The translations under genes were made by a program, and so were the position numbers. Of a stretch of DNA of 64,000 bases, positions 20,839-30,436 are shown piece after piece. Source of the stretch: an uncultured Verrucomicrobiae bacterium (GTDB taxonomy: Bacteria > Verrucomicrobiota > Verrucomicrobiia > Limisphaerales > Palsa-1400); NCBI GenBank assembly GCA_963707025.1, contig CAVPOM010000009.1, positions 224,001-288,000 on the forward strand. The letters are read 5' to 3'. The notes under the pieces were generated by a model. It did no database searches, had not been told where the DNA came from, and was given only the letters and a program-made list of their open reading frames with translations. Numbering within the stretch: the stretch's first letter is position 1; each line of letters begins with the position of its first letter.

Positions 20839-22818
20839 GTGCAAACGGATCTTCAAACACCGGAACCGATCCGGGACGTTGCCGCGGCGCCGCCGCCGCT
20901 GCCCGCCGCCGCGCCGCGGAGCTGGCTGGAAGGCGGGCTGGCGCTGTTGACCCCGGCGGGCCGCGTCCTGGAGATCAACGAGCCTTTCTGCAGTTGGCTG
21001 GAGAAACCGCCGGGAGATCTCATCGGCCAGTCGCTGTGGGAAACCCTGGCCCCGCTGGCCACCGAGTGGAGCCAGGCCCTGGAACGGATGGGCCGGCGGG
21101 ACAGCCCCTTCGACCGCTTGGAACTTAAAATGGGCAGCAGCGCAGGCCATCCGGCCCAATGGTTCCTGCTCGAAATCGTGCGGGGCCCGGAATCGTGGTT
21201 TGTCCGCCTGAACTCGGCGCTGCCGTCGCTGACCGAACTGGAGGAAGCGGCCTGGGACGAACATCTGCACAATAATGCCGCGCGCCGGGAGATGTTCATG
21301 CGGCTGCTCCGCGCCGAAGCCCGCCTGGAAGGCATGACCCGCCGCTGGCCTTGCGTGATCTTCAGCCAGCGGCCCGATTTCGGCGTGCCCTTTGCCAGCC
21401 CGAACATCGAGGAACTGACGGGCATCTCGCCGGAGGCCTGGACGGTCCGGCCGCAGCTTTTCTGGCAGTTGGTGCATGAGGCCGATGCGGTGGAATTGCA
21501 GCAGCAATGCAAACGGGCCTTCCAAACCGGCCAGGCGGTCACCACCACCTATCGCATCCGCCACGCGCTGACCGGCCGGGTGGCCTACATTCTGGAAGGG
21601 CGCCAGCCGGCCATCAGCCGCAACGGCTTGTTGCTGGGCTTTGAAGTGGTCTGGCTGGATGTGACCCGGCAGACCATCGCGGAAAGACGGCTCTCGGCGG
21701 CGGCCTGGAAGGAAACGCTGGCGGTGCTGACCCTGGGGATGGCGCATGACTTCACCAACATCATCGCCGGCATCCATTCCTTGAGCGAACAATTCCTGGA
21801 ACAGACCACGGCGGACCATCCCTTCCACGAAGGTCTGGCGCTGATCAAGAAGAACTCCCTGCAAGCCAGCCAATTGGTGCAGCGCATGGTCAATCTGCAC
21901 CTGGGCCAAACCGGGGAGCGCAATTATCACAACCTCAACGACATCACAACCGACTTGGTGGAATTGATCCGCAAGACCCTGCCGCGACGCATCCAAGTGG
22001 ATGTGGACCTGGCGCCGGTGGACCTGCCCGTCCATCTGGATGTGGTGGAATTTCGCCAGGTGGTCATCAATTTGCTGTTGAACGCCGCCGATGCCATGCC
22101 GCAAGGCGGACTGCTGACTCTGTCCACCTCCCACCACCAAAGCCTGCCGGAGTTGGAGAACCTCAAAGGAGTGGCGCCGCGGCTGCCGTGCGTTTGCCTG
22201 ACCATCGAAGACACCGGCTGCGGCATCAAGCAGCGGCATCTGGCCTCGATTTTCGATCCGTTTTTCACCACCAAGGCCAAGGGCTCGGGCCTGGGCCTTT
22301 ACAACGCCCGCCTGGCGGTGGAAAAACAGCAGGGCGCCATCTCGGTTCAATCCGCCGAAGGGGTCGGCACCACCTTCAAAATCTGGCTGCCGGAGGCCGA
22401 CTTGTCCGAGCCTGCGCCCGAAGCGGCCCCCCTGCCGGGCCACACCCACCGCAGCCTGCTGCTCCTGGGGCAGAACGGAGAAATGCTGGACAAGACGGCC
22501 GAACTGCTGCGTTCCCACAATTTCCACATCGTGGCGGCCGAAGCCTCCGAGGGCCTGCGCGATTTGCTCCAATCCAGCGATTACCAATTTGCGGGCGTGC
22601 TCCTCCTGGCCGAGCCGAACGATCCGGGCCTGCGTCCCCTCCTGGACCAAGTGCGCCAGCAAAGCCGCAACATCAAAGTGGCCCTCAAACTGGCCGGCTG
22701 CAACCAGGACGACCTGGAAACGCAGTTTCTGAGCAAAATAGACCTGGTGCTGGCCTCGGATTTGGCGGAGGCCGATTTTGTGGCCCGCATCATCTCCTTC
22801 TTCGATCAGCGCCCCTGA
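20839..22818 (+). CDS. PAS-domain sensor histidine kinase with degenerate C-terminal receiver-like domain
   Basis: MAHDFTN H-box, NLLLNAADAM, DPFFTTK-GSGLGL. Confidence 0.88.
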   Translation: MQTDLQTPEPIRDVAAAPPPLPAAAPRSWLEGGLALLTPAGRVLEINEPFCSWLEKPPGDLIGQSLWETLAPLATEWSQALERMGRRDSPFDRLELKMGSSAGHPAQWFLLEIVRGPESWFVRLNSALPSLTELEEAAWDEHLHNNAARREMFMRLLRAEARLEGMTRRWPCVIFSQRPDFGVPFASPNIEELTGISPEAWTVRPQLFWQLVHEADAVELQQQCKRAFQTGQAVTTTYRIRHALTGRVAYILEGRQPAISRNGLLLGFEVVWLDVTRQTIAERRLSAAAWKETLAVLTLGMAHDFTNIIAGIHSLSEQFLEQTTADHPFHEGLALIKKNSLQASQLVQRMVNLHLGQTGERNYHNLNDITTDLVELIRKTLPRRIQVDVDLAPVDLPVHLDVVEFRQVVINLLLNAADAMPQGGLLTLSTSHHQSLPELENLKGVAPRLPCVCLTIEDTGCGIKQRHLASIFDPFFTTKAKGSGLGLYNARLAVEKQQGAISVQSAEGVGTTFKIWLPEADLSEPAPEAAPLPGHTHRSLLLLGQNGEMLDKTAELLRSHNFHIVAAEASEGLRDLLQSSDYQFAGVLLLAEPNDPGLRPLLDQVRQQSRNIKVALKLAGCNQDDLETQFLSKIDLVLASDLAEADFVARIISFFDQRP

Positions 22819-22827
22819 GAGGTGACT

Positions 22828-24108
22828 ATGCCGCAGGACACCCCGACCGCCAACGAAGCCGCCCGCCCGATCCTCATCGTGGACGACGAAGAAATCGTCC
22901 TGGTGGCCTTGCGCGACACGCTGGCCTGCGAGGGTTATCATGTCGTGGCCTCGCCTCATGCCATCCACGCCTTGACCGTTCTGAAGGACCAGCAGTTTTC
23001 CGTCGTCATCAGCGACCAGCAAATGCCGTTGATTTCCGGGTTGGAGTTTCTCACCCAGGTCCGGGAAATCCAGCCCAACGCCACCCGCATCCTCATCACC
23101 GCCGTGCTCAGCCTGAGCACGGTCATTGACGCCATCAACAAGGGCGAAATCTACCGCTTTGTCGTCAAACCGTGGCTGCGCGAAGAATTGCTGGCCACGG
23201 TCAAGACGGCGGTGCAGCGCTACGAATTGATTTCCAACAACGCCCGCCTGCAGGCCAGCACCCAGGCCATGAACGAGCGGCTGACCGAACTGAACAAGGA
23301 ATTGGAACGGCAGGTGGCCCAAGTGGCCCGGCAGAACAAGCAGTTGCAGCAAGTCTTGGCCGAGCAGGACGAGAACCTGCGCCAGTCGGTGGAACTTTGC
23401 GTGCAAACCATGCAAACCTTTTATCCCACCCTCGGCAACTGCGCCCGCCGGGTGCAGGCGCTGTGCCGTGCCATGGGCCAATGCGCGGAACTGACCGCGG
23501 CCCAGCAGCAAATCCTGGAAATCAGCGCCGCCATCCACGACATCGGGCTGATCGGCCTGCCCCGCCACCTGATCAAGCGCTGGGAAGAAACTCCGCAAAG
23601 CCTCAATGAAGCCGAGCGCGCCCTGGTGCAGCATCATCCCGTGCTGGGCCAGGAACTGGCCGGGTTTGTCCATCGTCTGCAAAGCGTGGGTTCGATCATC
23701 CGTTCCCATCACGAGCTTTTCGACGGCAGCGGTTATCCGGACGGCTTGAAAGGCGCGGCCATCCCGTGGCTCTCGCGCATCCTGGCGGTGGCGGTGGCCT
23801 TCGCCGAGAGCCAGCCCGGCTCCAAGGAGGCCGCCGAACTCATCAGCCAGGGCAGCGGTTCGGCCTTTGATCCCGAGGCCGTGCGCCTCTTTCAACGGGC
23901 CGCCCCCAAGGCGGTGGTGCCGGGGAAACAGCGCGAAGTCATGCTCTCGGAACTGGCCCCCGGCATGGTCCTGGCGCAGGGCATCTACAGCGAAAACGGC
24001 GTGCTCCTCATGCCCGACGGCCAGCGTCTGACCAGCACCTACATTGACAAGCTGCTCAACTACAACCGGATCAACCCTATCTCCCAATCCCTGCTGGTGT
24101 ATTGTTGA
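22828..24108 (+). CDS. Response regulator with HD-GYP-type domain
   Basis: REC (ILIVDDE, ISDQQMP, KPW); IHDIG; HHELFDGSGYPDGL. Confidence 0.88.
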   Translation: MPQDTPTANEAARPILIVDDEEIVLVALRDTLACEGYHVVASPHAIHALTVLKDQQFSVVISDQQMPLISGLEFLTQVREIQPNATRILITAVLSLSTVIDAINKGEIYRFVVKPWLREELLATVKTAVQRYELISNNARLQASTQAMNERLTELNKELERQVAQVARQNKQLQQVLAEQDENLRQSVELCVQTMQTFYPTLGNCARRVQALCRAMGQCAELTAAQQQILEISAAIHDIGLIGLPRHLIKRWEETPQSLNEAERALVQHHPVLGQELAGFVHRLQSVGSIIRSHHELFDGSGYPDGLKGAAIPWLSRILAVAVAFAESQPGSKEAAELISQGSGSAFDPEAVRLFQRAAPKAVVPGKQREVMLSELAPGMVLAQGIYSENGVLLMPDGQRLTSTYIDKLLNYNRINPISQSLLVYC

Positions 24109-24148
24109 CACTCCAATTTTCTTCTTAATCTTAATCTTAATCCTGATC

Positions 24149-25599
24149 CACAGCCATCCCACAGGAAATTGGAAAAAAGTGTTGGCTTGACCATTTGAAC
24201 CTGCCACAAGGCAGGCATGAAAAACAAAAAAATCAAACCAACACGGTCCCGGTTTAACGTTTTGCGCCAGATTTGCAATCTCATTCCTGCGCATGAAGTC
24301 TCCAAAATAGCGCGGGAGACCGGGGCTCTGGATAAGTCGCGCACCTTCAGTCCGTGGAGTCACACGGTCAGTTTGCTGGACGCGCAACTCACCCATTGCA
24401 TCGGACTCAACGATCTGTGCGACTCGCTGCAATTGCATTCCGGGCCGCTGTCCACTTTGCGCGGCGCCAGCGCCCCCAGCCGCAACGGCCTCTCCCACGC
24501 CAACCGGGAGCGTCCGGCCCAGATGGCCGAACAACTCTTCTGGCGGGTCCTGGAGCATTTGAAAGCACAGACGCCCGGCTTTGCCGCGGGCCAGCGCCGT
24601 GGCCCCGCCTTCCGTTTCAAGATGCCCATCCATGTGATTGATAGCACGACCATGGAACTGGTGGCCAACTGCCTGGACTGGGCCAAGCACCGCCGGCGCA
24701 AGGCCGCCGCCAAAACCCATATGCGGTTGAATCTGCAGAATCTTTTGCCCGGTTTTGTCATTGTGGACACTGCCGCCGAGCACGACAACCGACGGGCGCG
24801 GGAACTGTGCGCCGACTTGAAGAGCGGCGAAATCGCCTTGTTCGACAAGGGTTATGTGGACTTCGGCCACTTGCGGGATTTGGACGGGCGCGGGGTCTTT
24901 TGGGTGACGCGGGCCAAGGAGAACATGGGCTATGAGGTGGTGCGGAAAATGCCCGCCTCCAGAGACCCGAAGATTTTGCGCGACGAAGTGATCGTCCTGA
25001 GCAACGAGAACAAACCCGCGCCGGAGTTGATGCGCCGGGTGGTGGCGCTGGTCGAGATTGATGGAGAGGAACGGGAAATGACCTTCCTGACCAACAACCT
25101 GGAGTGGAGTCCGCGCAGCGTGGCCGACCTTTACCGCTGCCGCTGGCAGATCGAAGTCTTCTTCAAACAAATCAAGCAGACCTTGCAGTTGGCGGATTTT
25201 CTGGGCCACAACGCCAACGCCGTGCGCTGGCAGGTGTGGACGGCGCTGTTAACCTACGTGCTGTTGCGCTACCTCAGTCACCTCTCCAACTGGGCGCACA
25301 GCTTCACCCGGCTGTTCACGATTTTGCGGGCGGCGCTCTGGGAGAAATATGATCTGCTCAATTTGCTGGCGTGCTATGGGACAGCAGGCGGCAGCTTTCG
25401 CCACTTGGCGCGGCCCGAGCAGGCGTATTTCCCCGGCTTCCAATAAAGCTATGGGACAGCACACGCGCCCAAACAGGCGCATACCAAACCCAAAAGCCAA
25501 ACTCGGAAAAATCAAAATCTCATTTTACCCCGAAGACCAATTAAACCCTTGCAAATGAACAGGTCAGCACCAGACTTTTCCCCTTATGAGACGGGTGTG
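24149..25599 (+). mobile_element. IS4-family insertion sequence, 1451 bp
   Basis: Imperfect terminal IRs (CACAGCCATCCCA / CACACCCGTCTCA); 9-bp direct repeat ATCCTGATC at 24140-24148 and 25600-25608. Confidence 0.88.
24217..25446 (+). CDS. IS4-family DDE transposase
   Basis: VIDST, FDKGY, YRCRWQIEVFFKQIKQ (YREK signature). Confidence 0.95.
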   Translation: MKNKKIKPTRSRFNVLRQICNLIPAHEVSKIARETGALDKSRTFSPWSHTVSLLDAQLTHCIGLNDLCDSLQLHSGPLSTLRGASAPSRNGLSHANRERPAQMAEQLFWRVLEHLKAQTPGFAAGQRRGPAFRFKMPIHVIDSTTMELVANCLDWAKHRRRKAAAKTHMRLNLQNLLPGFVIVDTAAEHDNRRARELCADLKSGEIALFDKGYVDFGHLRDLDGRGVFWVTRAKENMGYEVVRKMPASRDPKILRDEVIVLSNENKPAPELMRRVVALVEIDGEEREMTFLTNNLEWSPRSVADLYRCRWQIEVFFKQIKQTLQLADFLGHNANAVRWQVWTALLTYVLLRYLSHLSNWAHSFTRLFTILRAALWEKYDLLNLLACYGTAGGSFRHLARPEQAYFPGFQ

Positions 25600-25671
25600 A
25601 TCCTGATCTTAATCTCCCTCCTTGGTACAAGGGGTCGGCAGGAACAGAACCAACCCCTCATCCCGACGCGA

Positions 25672-27060
25672 ATGACTCCTGGCTCCTCCATCCGGCGGCT
25701 CCTCTGGCGGGCGTGCTGGCTCATGGCTGCGGCGAGCGCAGCGCCGGGCGCGCGCGCGGCCGGGACAACCGCCCTCAGCGCCAGTGATTTTCTCAATTCC
25801 ATCGGCGTGTGTGTGCATGTGCAGCATGGCCAGGATGCCGCGAAATTAGTGGCGCCTCTGCGGTACCTTGGGGTCCGCAACGTCCGCGATGGGGCGGACC
25901 GGAATTACGACATGTCCGGCTTAATCACACTCCATCAGCAAGCCGGTGTGCTCGTCGCTTTCGGTCCCGGCAGCGGGGCCTCCGACCGGTTCATCAACCG
26001 GCGCGGCGGGGTGACCAATAACGCCCTGACGGCCACCCTCACGGCAGCCCGGCAGTTGGCGGAAGTCGGCGCGCTGCTGGCCGTGGAAGGCCCCAACGAG
26101 CCGAACAATTTTGGCGGAGTCACCTATCAAGGCCAGAAATCGGGCGTCACCAACGGCACCTGGCTGCCCGTCGCGAAATTTCAAAGGGATTTGTACAGCG
26201 CCGTCAAGAACGACGCCGCGCTGCGCAAGTATCCTGTCTTTGGCGCGAGCGAAATGGGGGCCGAGATTGACGACGTTGGACTGCAATACTTGACCATCCC
26301 GAGCGGGGCCAACTGCCTGATGCCCGACGGCACGCGATATGCCGACTACGCCAACGTTCATAACTATGTTTGCGGCCACTGGAAAGGCCTGGTGGACAAT
26401 CAGCCCTATAAAGCCGCCACCCACACGAATGTCCCTGGAATTGACGGACTCTTTGGCAATCATGGCAACACCTGGAGAAAGCATTTCCCCGGCTATCCGG
26501 AAAGCCGGCTTGCCACGCTGCCGAAGGTGACGACGGAAACGGGCTGGTGGACTGACAATACGGTTGGCGGGGACGAGATCCAGGGCAAGGTCTTCTTGAA
26601 CGTCTTTCTGGATCAATACAAGGCGGGCTGGAAACACACCTTCATCTATGAGATGATGGACGATCCGGATGGCGCCTGTGGCTTTTACAAGAGCGACTAT
26701 GCGACGGCGCGAAAATCGGCCGATTACCTCCACAATCTGACCACGATTTTGGCTGACCCCGGCTCCCTGCCAGCGCCGGGACAACTCAATTACTCGATGC
26801 CGGGCCAGCCGGCCACCGTGCATGATATGCTCCTGCAGAAGAGCAATGGCGCCTTTGAACTGGCCGTCTGGGGCGAACAGGTCAAAGGCACAAACCGTGT
26901 CACGGTCAATCTGGGGGGCGCTCGCGCCTGGGTGAAAATCTACGACCCGACCATGGGCGCCTCACCGGCCCGGACCTTGAGCAACACCGGTTCGGTCCCG
27001 TTGACCTTGAGCGACCATGCCTTGATCATCGAGGTGCCAGGCGATGATTCCGCCCGCTAA
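25672..27060 (+). CDS. Secreted glycoside hydrolase-like protein (clan GH-A style)
   Basis: Signal peptide ending GARA; EGPNEP acid/base motif, NVHNY, TTETG nucleophile-like motif. Confidence 0.7.
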   Translation: MTPGSSIRRLLWRACWLMAAASAAPGARAAGTTALSASDFLNSIGVCVHVQHGQDAAKLVAPLRYLGVRNVRDGADRNYDMSGLITLHQQAGVLVAFGPGSGASDRFINRRGGVTNNALTATLTAARQLAEVGALLAVEGPNEPNNFGGVTYQGQKSGVTNGTWLPVAKFQRDLYSAVKNDAALRKYPVFGASEMGAEIDDVGLQYLTIPSGANCLMPDGTRYADYANVHNYVCGHWKGLVDNQPYKAATHTNVPGIDGLFGNHGNTWRKHFPGYPESRLATLPKVTTETGWWTDNTVGGDEIQGKVFLNVFLDQYKAGWKHTFIYEMMDDPDGACGFYKSDYATARKSADYLHNLTTILADPGSLPAPGQLNYSMPGQPATVHDMLLQKSNGAFELAVWGEQVKGTNRVTVNLGGARAWVKIYDPTMGASPARTLSNTGSVPLTLSDHALIIEVPGDDSAR

Positions 27061-27094
27061 AGTGGATTAAAAAATGATGTGGCCAAAATGAATC

Positions 27095-27238
27095 TTCTTC
27101 TCCTCCAGGAGCGGGTGAAACATCCGCCGTCCTGGTGAAAGGCCGGCGCCGGGATTTGCCGGAGGCGCATGCGCCCAACCCGGGGGCGCGATGTCCATTC
27201 CTTCTCCCAGGGGGAGAAGGGCAGGATGAGGGCGAGCC
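27095..27238. repeat. Degenerate REP-like palindromic intergenic repeat
   Basis: CCTTCTCCC-AGG-GGGAGAAGG hairpin followed by GCAGGATGAGGG. Confidence 0.5.
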
Positions 27239-27406
27239 ACGAAGAATTTTGTCCTGCGCCCCGGCGCCAGGTCGTATACGGTTGGATTGCATCTGGCCCT
27301 CCCTGATGGGCTAATTTGGATTTTTAGCACAACCCTCAGAGGCCAACTTTCGTCCCTATCGGTTCAAAAGCGAGGCAAATTCCCCAAATAAAGCAGACCA
27401 GGGCTA

Positions 27407-28410
27407 GAGCGTTTCCATAAATGATATAGCTTGACTGGGGCGAGAGGGCTGGCAGGCTTGAGCCATGCGAGCGATACCCGTGTCTGCGCGCGAGCGCATC
27501 CTGCAACTCTATGAACAAGGCAAAAGCACCCGCGAGATCGCGGACTTTTTCGGCTTTTGCGTGGCGGCGGTGCGCCGGGTCCGGCAGCAGTTCCAAGAGC
27601 GCGGCACGCTCCAGCCGCAAACCCATTTGTGCGGGCGCAAAACGCTGCTGAACGCCGGACGCCAGGCTCGCCTGCAAAAGCTGGTGGCGGCCCAGCCCGA
27701 CGCGACGTTGGCCGAGTTGGGGGCGCGTCTGGACCGCCCTTTCGGGACCTCCACTGTGGATTTGTGGCTGCGCAAACTGGGGTTGAGCTATAAAAAAAAC
27801 GCTCTGCGCCGCCGAGCAGAACCGTCCGGACGTGGCCGAAAAGCGGGCCCATTGGCATGAGCGTCTGGCAAGTGACCCACCTGCCCGACTGGTCTTCGTG
27901 GATGAAAGCGGGGCCAACACCAAGATGACCCGTTTTTGCGGGCGGTCACCCGTGGGCCGAAGACTGGCGGCCCACGTCCCGCAGGGACATTATCAGACCA
28001 CCACCCTGGTCTGCGCCATTCGTCTGGCCGGGCCTGCGGCCCCCTGCCTCTTTGAGGGGGCCATGGACGGGGAAATGTTTTTGGCCTGGATCCAGCAGGG
28101 GCTGGTGGTGGAGTTGCGCAAGGGTGACTTGGTCATCATGGACAACTTGGCCACGCATAAGGTGACCGGAGTCCGCCAAGCCATCGAAGAGGCCGGGGCA
28201 ACGCTGCTGTATCTGCCGCCCTATTCGCCAGACTTTAATCCCATCGAAAATATGTGGAGCAAGGTCAAACAAATTATGCGAGGTCTCGCGCCGCGAACCG
28301 CCAAGGAACTGCTCCAAGCGGCGAAGATTGCCTTTGAAGCCATCTCCACCGCCGATTGCCGGGGCTTCTTTTTAAACGCCCGCTACGCTACATGATTTAT
28401 GGAAATGCTC
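27407..28410 (+). mobile_element. IS630-family insertion sequence, ~1004 bp
   Basis: IRs GAGCGTTTCCATAAAT / GAGCATTTCCATAAAT; TA on both sides (27405-06, 28411-12). Confidence 0.93.
27465..28395 (+). CDS. IS630 transposase in two frames joined at A8 run 27792-27799
   Basis: HTH ORF ending LGLSYKK; DDE ORF with FVDESG, IMDNLATH, YLPPYSPDFNPIE; second ORF is in the +1 frame. Confidence 0.92.
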
Positions 28411-28994
28411 TAAGCATTCCAGAACGCAGACGGCCAAAATCCAATGGATCAAAAACGAAGCCGATATTTTACGAATGAACAACCCCACAATGGCCAGTGC
28501 GGCAAATGTCGTGAAAATATAAAACCACACAGGCATTGCCAGCGAGAAAAGCGTGATGCTTGGCAATGCGCGCCCTCCGGTAAGGGTTTGAGAAAAGAGT
28601 TCTCGCAACCATTCCGCAGCTTGGCTAAGCGCGGACGGCAAAAAACAGTTTCCGAACATCAACGCTATGCAATACGGGACCAGGTGAATCTTTTTCATTT
28701 CTTCCCCCTCGCTCCCGCCGCAATTGTGTCCGGGCTGGCAATCACCCGGAAACCATATCCCAGGGCGGTTTGGCTTGCAAGGCGGCGCCACATATCCCGC
28801 TTTATTTACTTGATGCGGAGGCGGCAGATGAGTCATTCTTTTTTACAGCATTTGTTTCCAACGGGCATGAAAACGCAGCGCGCCAAGAACGTTCGCCGGG
28901 GCCGCCCAAAGGCCCGGCGCCGGACTTTACCCCGAAGGAAGAGGCTCCGGCCAGGGCGGCCGCGCCGCCCGCCGCGGAGCCGGAGGCCCGGTTC

Positions 28995-29873
28995 GTGCCG
29001 CGTGTGGAGGAGTTGTTGACGGGGCCGGGGGACAATGAGCCGCAGCCTTATGACGGGGAGACGGCCATCAAACTTTACTTGCGGGAAATCGGCCAGGTCA
29101 AGCTGCTGACCCCGCAGGAGGAGATTGAACTGGCCGCGCGCATCAAAAGGGGTGACAAGAAGGCGCGGGAGCAAATGATCAAGGCCAATCTGCGGCTGGT
29201 GGTCAAAATCGCCCATGATTACGAGAACTTCGGGCTGCCCTTGCTCGATTTAATCAGCGAGGGGAACATCGGGCTGATGAAGGCGGTGGAACGGTTTGAC
29301 CCGGCCAAAGGCGGCAAACTCTCCACCTACGGCTCCTGGTGGATCAAGCAATCCATCAAGCGCGCCCTGGCCAATCAATCCAAAACCATCCGCCTGCCCG
29401 TGCATCTGGTGGATAAGATTTCGCGCATGCGCAAAACGGCCTTGAAGCTGCAGGAGATTTTCGGGCGCGAACCGACCGACGAGGAATTGGCCGACGAAAT
29501 GGGCATGTCCGTTTCCCGGGTGGCGCAGATGCGCACCGCGGCCATCCGTCCCGCTTCGCTGGACGCGCCCATCGGGGATGATGACACCAACAGCTTTGCC
29601 GAAGTGGTCCAGGACGAAGCAGCCGACACGCCCTACGAACATCTGGAGGAGAAAACCGTCACCGGCATGTTGCAGGAGATGATCAAGACCCTGGACGAGC
29701 GCGAATCCACCATCCTGCGCTACCGTTTCGGCCTGGATGGCGGCAGCGAAAAAACCCTGGAAGAAGTGGGGGAGAGATTTGGCGTGACCCGCGAGCGGGT
29801 GCGGCAAATCCAGAACATCGCCCTGATCAAGCTGCGGAAAATGATCGAGAAACTTGAGGCTGTCAAAACTTAG
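28995..29873 (+). CDS. RpoD/RpoS-type sigma-70 factor (no region 1.1)
   Basis: YLREIG, ANLRLVVKIA, DLISEGNIGLMKAVERFD, TLEEVG..VTRERVRQI; start uncertain (GTG 28995 has GGAGG 8 nt upstream). Confidence 0.9.
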   Translation: MPRVEELLTGPGDNEPQPYDGETAIKLYLREIGQVKLLTPQEEIELAARIKRGDKKAREQMIKANLRLVVKIAHDYENFGLPLLDLISEGNIGLMKAVERFDPAKGGKLSTYGSWWIKQSIKRALANQSKTIRLPVHLVDKISRMRKTALKLQEIFGREPTDEELADEMGMSVSRVAQMRTAAIRPASLDAPIGDDDTNSFAEVVQDEAADTPYEHLEEKTVTGMLQEMIKTLDERESTILRYRFGLDGGSEKTLEEVGERFGVTRERVRQIQNIALIKLRKMIEKLEAVKT

Positions 29874-29896
29874 CCGGTTTGCTAGACTGTCGGGGC

Positions 29897-30433
29897 ATGA
29901 CAACCCGCCTTGCCACCGTGGAAGAATTGGCCCGCGCCATTCGCGACGTGCCGGACTTTCCCAAGCCCGGCATCCTCTTCAAAGACATCACCCCCGTCCT
30001 GGGCGATGCCCGCCTTTTCGCCAGCTCGATTGAGAGGCTGACCGAACATTTCCAGCCCGGCCAGGTGGACGCGGTTGTGGGGATTGACGCCCGCGGCTTT
30101 ATTTTTGCGGCCGCCGCGGCCTTCCGGCTGCAATGCGCTTTCGTCCCCGTGCGCAAAAAAGGCAAGCTGCCTTACGCGGCTTACGAGGAAAGCTACGAAT
30201 TGGAATACGGCTCCAACACCATCGCCATCCACACCGATGCGGTGCGGGCGGGCAGCCGGGTGGTGTTGGTGGACGATTTGCTGGCCACGGGCGGGACGGC
30301 GGCGGCGGCGGCCAAACTGCTGCGGCGGCTGGGGGCGAACATTTTGGAAATCACCTTCCTGATCGAGCTGAGTTTTCTGAAAGGCCGCGAGAAATTGCAG
30401 GGCTTCCCGGTGCGCTCGCTTGTTGTGTACTAA
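29897..30433 (+). CDS. apt: Adenine phosphoribosyltransferase
   Basis: PDFPKPGILFKDIT, RKKGKLP, YELEYG, VDDLLATGGT. Confidence 0.96.
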   Translation: MTTRLATVEELARAIRDVPDFPKPGILFKDITPVLGDARLFASSIERLTEHFQPGQVDAVVGIDARGFIFAAAAAFRLQCAFVPVRKKGKLPYAAYEESYELEYGSNTIAIHTDAVRAGSRVVLVDDLLATGGTAAAAAKLLRRLGANILEITFLIELSFLKGREKLQGFPVRSLVVY

Positions 30434-30436
30434 CTG

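Larger units (their letters stand above)
27336..28698 (-). pseudogene. Small membrane protein (~118 aa) split by IS630
   Basis: Removing the IS and one TA rejoins MKKIHLVPYC...VCVLECL to ALVCFIWGICLAFEPIGTKVGL* in frame. Confidence 0.82.

Noticed and set aside
20824..25209. 1461-aa minus-strand ORF
   Set aside because: Antisense shadow of the kinase, regulator and transposase. It crosses an IS boundary and has no motifs; typical of high-GC DNA.
28867..28994. Possible frameshifted basic N-terminus (MKTQRAKN...) of the sigma-70 gene
   Set aside because: Cannot be separated from an in-frame GTG start at 28995 with a good RBS; left unresolved
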